The notes beneath the pieces are model-generated. The model saw nothing but the letters and a program-made list of their open reading frames with translations. It made no database searches and was not told the origin of the DNA. From Myxococcota bacterium (lineage in GTDB: Bacteria; Myxococcota_A; UBA796; SXON01), in the NCBI GenBank assembly GCA_040386535.1, contig JAZKFH010000003.1:128001-192000 (forward strand): DNA of 64,000 bases, in the 5' to 3' direction. The position numbers were made by a program, and so were the translations under genes. This document shows, piece by piece, positions 57,791 through 64,000 of this stretch; positions within the stretch are counted from its first letter, which is position 1, and every line of letters begins with the position of its first letter.

Positions 57791-60235
57791 ATGCCGATCC
57801 CGGTGCTCGCCACCCTCCTGCTCCTACCAGGCGCACGCGCCCAGGGCGTGGAGCGGCCCACGCTCCCCTTCCGGAGCCTGGCTGGGGAGGACGGGGTGCA
57901 CGTGATGTACTCCAACCCCGCCCTCATGAATTTCGACCGGGACGCGGGGTACGCCGCCTACTACGACACCACGGGCACGAGCGGAGGGCTGAATTCCCTC
58001 ACCTTCGCGACCACCGGCAACGGCGTGGGCGCCGGTCTCGGGTACCGGCAGGTCGGGGCGTCGGCGGACGGCTGGTGGACCGTGTCCAGCGCGGCCTCTG
58101 TGCGCGTCACGGACGCGATCACGATCGGAAGCAGCTTCAACTGGCAGCTGCCCGACGGCGGAGACAACAACTTCGTGAGCTGGGACATCGGTCTCGGCTG
58201 GCGCCCGGCCCCCTTCCTCGGCATCGGCGCGGTGGTGCAGAACCTGGGCAGCCCGGCGCCCGACCTCGGCGTGAACACCCGCTACGGCGCGGGGCTCGCG
58301 ATCCGCCCCGCGGGGGACCTCTTCACGCTTGGGCTGGACTGGCTCGCGGACGCCCCGCCGGACGGGATCCTCGCGCAACGCGTGCAGGCGAGCGTGCGCC
58401 TCAAGCCGGCCCGCGGCGTCTGGCTGCGCCTGTTCGCCGACGACGCGCTGGACGACTTCACGGACGTGCGGTTCGGCGGGGCCGTCGAGCTGCGCTTCGC
58501 CGATCTCGGCGTGGGCCTCACCGCGCGCGGCAGCGCCGACGATCTGGGGGGCGTCGGCGGCGGCGGCTACGTCCAGTCGATCCCCAGCGATGACCAGCTC
58601 TTCCGTGCGCGGCGCCGCGTCGCCACCTTCGACTTCGAGGGCGCGTACCCCTACCAGCCGCAGGGCGGCTTGCTCAGCGCGGCACCCGAGGGCTACCTGA
58701 CCCTCCTCCGCCGCATGAAGAGCGCGTCCGACGATCCCCAGGTGCGCGGCATCCTGCTCGAGATCGGCAGCGCCCCCTTCAGCCTGGCCCAGGTGGAGGA
58801 GATCCGGGACGTGATGCGCGAGGCACGGGCGAACGGCAAACCCGTGGTGGCCTACCTCAACGGCGAGGCCTCCAACGCGGCCTACCTCCTCGCGACGGCG
58901 TGTGACCGCGTATACCTCCATCCGGCCGGTCAGCTCGACCTCGTCGGGCTGGGCGCGGAGACCCAATACTTCCGTGGCGCGCTCGAGCTCGTCGGGGTCT
59001 CGGCCCAATACGCAAAGCGTGGCATCTACAAGTCGGCCCCGGAACAATGGACCGAGGCGCAATCGACCGACCCCGCCCGCCTCGAGATGAACGAGCTGCT
59101 GGACGACCTGTCGAGCACCCTGGTCGACGGCATCGCGCTCGGTCGCGGCAAGTCGCCCGAGGAGATCCGGGCGCTCATCGACAAGGGGCCCTTCACCAGC
59201 CAGGAAGCGGAGAAGAACGGGCTCGTCGACGGGCTGGTGTATCCGGACGAGCTCCAGGACACCCTCGCCGGCACGTTCCCCGAGGGGTTCTCGCGGGACG
59301 AGGGCTACGCGCGCAGCCCCGACACCTCGGGCTGGGATCCCCAGCGCGCGGTGGCTGTCGTCGTGATCGATGGCGCAATCTCGTCCGGGCAGACCTCCTC
59401 CGGAGGCCTGCTCGGCGGCGCGGCCACAGGCAGCGACACCGTCGTGCAGGCGCTCAACCAGGCCCGTCGGACCAACGCCGTCAAGGCGGTCGTCCTCCGG
59501 GTGGACAGCCCGGGCGGCTCCGCCTTCGCCTCGGACGAGATCTGGCGCGCCGTGAAGCGGGTGCAAGAAGAGGGCAAGCCCGTGATCGTCAGCATGGGCG
59601 GCTACGCCGCGAGCGGCGGCTACTACGTGGCAGCCGGCGCCGACGCGATCTACGCTCTCCCCACGACCGTCACCGGCTCCATCGGCGTGTACGGCGGCAA
59701 GATCAACGGGGGCGGGCTCTTCGAGAAGCTCGACATCCACACCGAGCAGTTCAACCGCGGTCGTAACGCGGGGATGTACAGCATCTCCCGTCCGTTCGAC
59801 GACATCGAGTTCGCGGCGCTCGACCGGATGATCGCCGACACGTACCGCCAGTTCAAGGACAAGGTGCAGGAAGGGCGCTCGCTGACGCCGGAGAAGGTCG
59901 AGGCGCTGGCGCAGGGGCGCGTGTGGAGCGGCCTGGACGCCAAGGAGCAGGGTCTGGTGGACGAGCACGGCGGCTTCTTCGACGCGGTCGAGCGGGCGCG
60001 CACCGAGGCGGGCCTACGCCCCGATGCGCCCTACACCCTCGTCACCTACGATCCCTGGGGCGGCGGTGGCGACCTGCCCACCCAGCTCGTGAGCGCCGAG
60101 CTTCCCAAGCAGATCGTGCGCGCGTTCCAGCCCAAGGTCGAGCTGCCCGAGGAGCTGAAGAGCTTCTGGGCGCTCTCCGCGTTGAAGGACGAGCGCGTCT
60201 TCGCGATGATGCCGTACCACCTGGAGATCAAGTGA
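57791..60235 (+). CDS. sppA: Signal peptide peptidase SppA (two S49 domains) with a ~270-aa N-terminal beta-strand-rich extension
   Basis: YKSAPE, LRVDSPGGS, SMGGYAASGGY, TGSIGV, QGRVWSG. Confidence 0.88.
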   Translation: MPIPVLATLLLLPGARAQGVERPTLPFRSLAGEDGVHVMYSNPALMNFDRDAGYAAYYDTTGTSGGLNSLTFATTGNGVGAGLGYRQVGASADGWWTVSSAASVRVTDAITIGSSFNWQLPDGGDNNFVSWDIGLGWRPAPFLGIGAVVQNLGSPAPDLGVNTRYGAGLAIRPAGDLFTLGLDWLADAPPDGILAQRVQASVRLKPARGVWLRLFADDALDDFTDVRFGGAVELRFADLGVGLTARGSADDLGGVGGGGYVQSIPSDDQLFRARRRVATFDFEGAYPYQPQGGLLSAAPEGYLTLLRRMKSASDDPQVRGILLEIGSAPFSLAQVEEIRDVMREARANGKPVVAYLNGEASNAAYLLATACDRVYLHPAGQLDLVGLGAETQYFRGALELVGVSAQYAKRGIYKSAPEQWTEAQSTDPARLEMNELLDDLSSTLVDGIALGRGKSPEEIRALIDKGPFTSQEAEKNGLVDGLVYPDELQDTLAGTFPEGFSRDEGYARSPDTSGWDPQRAVAVVVIDGAISSGQTSSGGLLGGAATGSDTVVQALNQARRTNAVKAVVLRVDSPGGSAFASDEIWRAVKRVQEEGKPVIVSMGGYAASGGYYVAAGADAIYALPTTVTGSIGVYGGKINGGGLFEKLDIHTEQFNRGRNAGMYSISRPFDDIEFAALDRMIADTYRQFKDKVQEGRSLTPEKVEALAQGRVWSGLDAKEQGLVDEHGGFFDAVERARTEAGLRPDAPYTLVTYDPWGGGGDLPTQLVSAELPKQIVRAFQPKVELPEELKSFWALSALKDERVFAMMPYHLEIK

Positions 60236-61650
60236 GCACACCCGCCCCGCGCGTCCTCGTCGCCGACGACGACCGCGCCGTGCGGACCGCGCTCCAGGTG
60301 AACCTCTCGAAGGCCGGCTACGACGTGACCCTGGCGTCATCGGGCGAGCAAGCGCTGGAGTCGCTCCGCAGCAGCGCGTTCGACGTGTTGCTGACGGACG
60401 TGATGATGCCCGGGATGGGCGGGATGGCGCTGCTCGGCGAGGTGCGGACGCACTGGCCCGACGTTCGCGTCGTTGTCATGACCGGGTTCGGCTCCGTGCG
60501 GGACGCGGTGACGGCGATGAAGGCCGGCGCCGCGGACTACATCATCAAGCCGGTCGAGCGCGACGAGCTGCTCCTCCTCCTCGACCGCGCCCTGCAGACG
60601 CGCGCGATGCAACGCGAGCTCCAACAGCTCCGCAAGGAGGTCGAGCAGCGCTACGGCTTCTCCGAGATGATCGGCATCTCACCGGCGATGCACGAGGTGT
60701 ACGAGGAGGTGACGGCCGTGGCCGACTCCTCAGCGCTGGTGCTCATTCAGGGAGAGACCGGCACCGGAAAGGAGCTCATCGCGCACGCCATCCACTACCG
60801 GAGCCGGCGTTCGTCGGCGCCGCTCGTGGCCGTGAACTGCGGCGCGTTGCCGGAGAACCTGCTCGAGACCGAGCTCTTCGGGCACGAACGGGGCGCGTTC
60901 ACGGGCGCGGTGCGCCAACATCAGGGGAAATTCGAGCAGGCCGACGGCGGGACGTTGTTCCTCGACGAGATCGGGGAGATCCCGCCGGCCGTCCAGGTGC
61001 GGCTCCTTCGCGTGCTCGAGGGTGGGATGGTGACCCGCGTGGGCGGGGAGCACACGGTCAAGGTCGACGTGCGGGTCATCGCGGCCACGAATCGGGATCT
61101 CTGGAAGGAGGTCCAGACGGGCGGCTTTCGCGCCGACCTCTACTACCGGCTGAACGTGTTCGCGATCCGCCTCCCCCGCCTCGCCGACCGCAAGGACGAC
61201 ATCCCGCTGCTGGTCGAACACTTCGCCAAGAAGTTCGCCGTGCGCCACACCCGCCCCGTCCCCACGGTGTCCGCGGGCGCGATGAAGGCGCTCCAGGGCC
61301 ACAGTTGGCCGGGGAACGTCCGCGAGCTCGAACACTTCATGGAGCGGCTCGTGCTGCTCTCGAACGGCGGCGAGATCAGCTCCGTGCGCCTCCCCGAGTC
61401 GCCGATGGCCCAGGCGGGCGGGTCCTCGCTGCCCGGGCTCGCCGCCGTGGGCCCCGGCGGCCTCCCCGTCGCGCTCGAGGACTTCGAGCGCACTCTCATC
61501 GCGGAGGCGTTGCGGGAGGCGGGTGGGGTCCAGGCGCGCGCGGCGCGGCGGCTCGGCATCAGCCGAAGCAACCTGAACTACCGCATCGGGCGCCTTGGGC
61601 TCACGCTGCAAGACATCCGCTTCGGCGTCGAGGGCCGTCAGTCGAGGTAG
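60232..61650 (+). CDS. Sigma-54-dependent response regulator (NtrC/AtoC type)
   Basis: REC domain (VLVADDD, TDVMMP, KP); [29 protein letters not shown]; Fis-type HTH; GTGA overlap with sppA. Confidence 0.95.
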   Translation: MSTPAPRVLVADDDRAVRTALQVNLSKAGYDVTLASSGEQALESLRSSAFDVLLTDVMMPGMGGMALLGEVRTHWPDVRVVVMTGFGSVRDAVTAMKAGAADYIIKPVERDELLLLLDRALQTRAMQRELQQLRKEVEQRYGFSEMIGISPAMHEVYEEVTAVADSSALVLIQGETGTGKELIAHAIHYRSRRSSAPLVAVNCGALPENLLETELFGHERGAFTGAVRQHQGKFEQADGGTLFLDEIGEIPPAVQVRLLRVLEGGMVTRVGGEHTVKVDVRVIAATNRDLWKEVQTGGFRADLYYRLNVFAIRLPRLADRKDDIPLLVEHFAKKFAVRHTRPVPTVSAGAMKALQGHSWPGNVRELEHFMERLVLLSNGGEISSVRLPESPMAQAGGSSLPGLAAVGPGGLPVALEDFERTLIAEALREAGGVQARAARRLGISRSNLNYRIGRLGLTLQDIRFGVEGRQSR

Positions 61651-61964
61651 AGCGCCCGCAGCTCGTCGCAGGCGCCGTCCTCGGCTCCCCGGAGCGCGCC
61701 GAGCTCGTCCGACGCGTCGATGCACTGGTCCTGGGAGGCCGGCAGCTCTCGCGCTTCCAAGCCGGAGCGGACCTCGTCCCACTCGTTCTGGCAACGCACG
61801 CGCCAGTCCGAGCGGGACTCGGCACCCAACTCTTCCCAGGTGAGTCCCCACTCGGGGAGACACTCATCGAGGGAGGCGGCAACATCTACACAGAGGGAGT
61901 TGCAACGATCGGACGCGCACGAGGCCATGGCCGGCACGACGATCAGGAGAAGGAGGGTGGCCAA
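61638..61964 (-). CDS. Small Cys-rich lipoprotein (start uncertain: TTG inside the tRNA at 61964, or ATG at 62051)
   Basis: Hydrophobic LATLLLLIVVPAMASC followed by six further Cys. Confidence 0.55.
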   Translation of the reverse strand: MATLLLLIVVPAMASCASDRCNSLCVDVAASLDECLPEWGLTWEELGAESRSDWRVRCQNEWDEVRSGLEARELPASQDQCIDASDELGALRGAEDGACDELRALYLD

Positions 61965-62030
61965 GGACGGAGTTGAACCGCCGACACGGGGATTTTCAGT
62001 CCCCTGCTCTACCAACTGAGCTACTTGGCC
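61958..62030 (-). tRNA. tRNA-Phe (GAA); CCA not encoded
   Basis: GGCCAAG acceptor stem, AGCTCAGTTGGTAGAGC D-arm, GGGGA-CTGAAAA-TCCCC anticodon arm, GGTTCAACTCC T-arm. Confidence 0.97.
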
Positions 62031-62071
62031 ATCAAGACCGCCAGACGACATGCCGCCCTGCGGGACGCAAT

Positions 62072-62100
62072 CATGTATGATGGGGACCAGCCAGCGTCAA
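62072..62100 (-). promoter_or_regulatory. Putative promoter of tRNA-Phe
   Basis: TTGACG-N17-TACATG. Confidence 0.5.
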
Positions 62101-62174
62101 GGGTTCCGGGGCCCGCGGATGCGCTTCTGTAGCAGATTGTGTGGCACTGGTGTGGCACTGCTGCGGCGCTCGCG

Positions 62175-62447
62175 TCACGCCCCGGGTTCGAGGCGCACGG
62201 TCACGTCCCCCACGACGCGAGCCTGGCACCCGAGCCGCTGGCCCTCGTCGTCCAGGAACGGGTACTCCACGTCCTCGACCTCGGAGAGCACCCCCGCGAG
62301 CACGCGCACGCGGCACGAGTTGCACGCAGCAAACCCGCCGCACGCGGTCTCCATGGGGAGCCCGGACGCGTCGCACACCTCGAGCAAGGTCATGCCGAGG
62401 CGCGCCTCGACGACCTGCCCGAGGTCCGTGAACGCTACCCGTGCCAC
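62175..62447 (-). CDS. 2Fe-2S ferredoxin (ISC/adrenodoxin-like Cys spacing)
   Basis: CGGFAACNSC (C-X5-C-X2-C) and RLGCQ. Confidence 0.88.
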   Translation of the reverse strand: MARVAFTDLGQVVEARLGMTLLEVCDASGLPMETACGGFAACNSCRVRVLAGVLSEVEDVEYPFLDDEGQRLGCQARVVGDVTVRLEPGA

Positions 62448-62473
62448 CCCTACCCCCACGCGGATCCTCGCAC

Positions 62474-62857
<384 letters not shown>

Positions 62858-62971
62858 GGATGCTCCTGTGTACGAGTTCAGTTCAGTCTCGTACGCAGTG
62901 TCGTACGGAACGATGACGGTGTCTGTAAGCACGCCCGCACGCTTCGCCTACCGCCGAAAACGACCGCGACG

Positions 62972-63286
62972 TTAGCCGAACCGGCCGGCGTCCCGGACGC
63001 GGTACTTCTCGAGGGTCTGGCTCATCGCGTCGTCCAGATCGATCCCCTGCTGGTTCGCCATGCAGACGAGGATGAACAACACGTCCGCCAGCTCCAGCGC
63101 GAGATCGGCCTCGCCCTCGCTCGCCTTCTTCTTCTTCGCGCCGAAGCGGTGGTTGTACTCCCGCGCGACTTCACCCGTCTCTTCGGTGAGCCGGGCGAGC
63201 ATGGACAGCTCGGGCCAGTATCCGCCGTTGTCGCGAATCCACGCGTCGATGAGCGCCTGGATCTGCGGGAGCGAGCGGGGCTCCAC
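62972..63286 (-). CDS. MazG-like nucleotide pyrophosphohydrolase (YpjD type)
   Basis: ARLTEETGEVARE, ELADVLF, CMANQQGIDL, KYRVRD. Confidence 0.88.
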   Translation of the reverse strand: MEPRSLPQIQALIDAWIRDNGGYWPELSMLARLTEETGEVAREYNHRFGAKKKKASEGEADLALELADVLFILVCMANQQGIDLDDAMSQTLEKYRVRDAGRFG

Positions 63287-63288
63287 GC

Positions 63289-63747
63289 TCAGCTCCGCCG
63301 CGGGCGCCGCCCGCCCCGACCCGCCTCGGCCGCGATGCGGTCGAGGATGCCGTTCACGAACGCGCGGGACTCGGCGCCGCCGAACCGCTTCGCCACCTCG
63401 ATGGCCTCGTTGATGCTGACCGAGGCCGGGATGTCGGCCCGGGCGATGATCTCGTGCGCGCCGAGGCGGAGGATGTTGCGATCCACCGCGGGCATGCGCG
63501 GGAGCCGCCAGTTGAGGCTGGCGGCCTCAATGCGTTGATCCAGCGCCTCCCGGTTCTCGGTGACGCCGCGCACGAGCTCTTGGGCGAACTCCATCTCTTC
63601 GTGGCCGATGGGCTCCTCGACCTGGTCCGTGTCGTCCAGACGCCCCGCCCAGAGCCCCGAGAGCGCGTTCGCCCCCGTGACGCCGCCGATGTCCACCGCG
63701 TAGAGCGCCTGGACCGCGAACTCCCTTGCTCGACGCCGACCCGGCAT
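63289..63747 (-). CDS. nusB: Transcription antitermination factor NusB
   Basis: RRRAREFAVQALY, DRNILRL, INEAIEVAKRFG, FVNGILD. Confidence 0.96.
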   Translation of the reverse strand: MPGRRRAREFAVQALYAVDIGGVTGANALSGLWAGRLDDTDQVEEPIGHEEMEFAQELVRGVTENREALDQRIEAASLNWRLPRMPAVDRNILRLGAHEIIARADIPASVSINEAIEVAKRFGGAESRAFVNGILDRIAAEAGRGGRRPRRS

Positions 63748-64000
63748 CAGGTCGCCAGCATGCGCAAGAGGTTCACCATCTCCAACGCGGACATGGCCGC
63801 TTCGGCGCCCTTGTTCCCCATCTTTGTTCCGGCTCGTTCGATCGCCTGCTCGATGCTGTCGGTAGTAAGCACACCGAAGATCACCGGCACGCCCGTCGAC
63901 CAGGAGGCGGAGGCGACGCCCTTGGCGGCCTCCCCCGCGACGTAGTCGAAGTGGGGCGTTCCGCCGCGGATGACGCAGCCGAGCGCGATGACCGCGTCGT
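63747..64000 (-). CDS. ribH: 6,7-dimethyl-8-ribityllumazine synthase, 3' part (runs off the window)
   Basis: Manual translation [27 protein letters not shown]...[30 protein letters not shown]. Confidence 0.95.
   Translation of the reverse strand, partial: DAVIALGCVIRGGTPHFDYVAGEAAKGVASASWSTGVPVIFGVLTTDSIEQAIERAGTKMGNKGAEAAMSALEMVNLLRMLAT

Noticed and set aside
61940..62030. tRNA-Phe as the att site of an integrated element
   Set aside because: No integrase, no second copy of the tRNA 3' end and no cargo-like island was seen in the window
62141..62165. Tandem TGTGGCACTG resembling a sigma54 -24 box
   Set aside because: There is no TTGC at -12, and it points into the 3' end of an opposite-strand gene

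Overview
High-GC bacterial chromosomal window, most consistent with a Myxococcota (myxobacteria-related) genome. This is inferred from Glt/Agl-type genes, a Hanks-type kinase, and MopE/FG-GAP and Asp-Thr-repeat lipoproteins. 1-11.6 kb: accessory surface lipoproteins (a DT-repeat lectin-like protein and three MopE-repeat/FG-GAP propeller paralogs), DUF72 and a membrane Ser/Thr kinase. 11.6-33.4 kb: mostly housekeeping (ffh, cyaY, dut, pnp, rpsO, trmD, rimM, khpA, rpsP, acyl-CoA carboxylase beta, pgeF, nadD, ftsE-ftsX-envC-ctpA), with beta-helix, TPR and kelch lipoproteins in between. 33.4-57.5 kb, all on the minus strand: an AglRQS/TolQR-like motor with a lipoprotein, then rimO-lolA-ftsK, then the most notable locus. 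That locus is a ~14 kb apparent operon joining a Glt-like trans-envelope set (two large TPR proteins, GltE-, GltF- and GltG-like proteins), its own TolQ/ExbB plus 2 ExbD motor, and a short OPX polysaccharide exporter with a partner outer-membrane beta-barrel. 57.5-64 kb: SppA with a beta-rich N-terminal extension, a sigma54 response regulator, tRNA-Phe(GAA), ferredoxin, IscA-type carrier, MazG-like protein, nusB and partial ribH. Smaller features read from the sequence: structured rpsO and pnp leaders, a probable CTG start for rimM, three TTGACG-N17-TAnnnG promoters, a triplicated gene end (RIAE-stop in all three frames), and a tRNA lying in frame inside a lipoprotein ORF. No CRISPR array, integrase or transposase was seen. 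All family assignments come from recognising motifs by eye, not from database searches.
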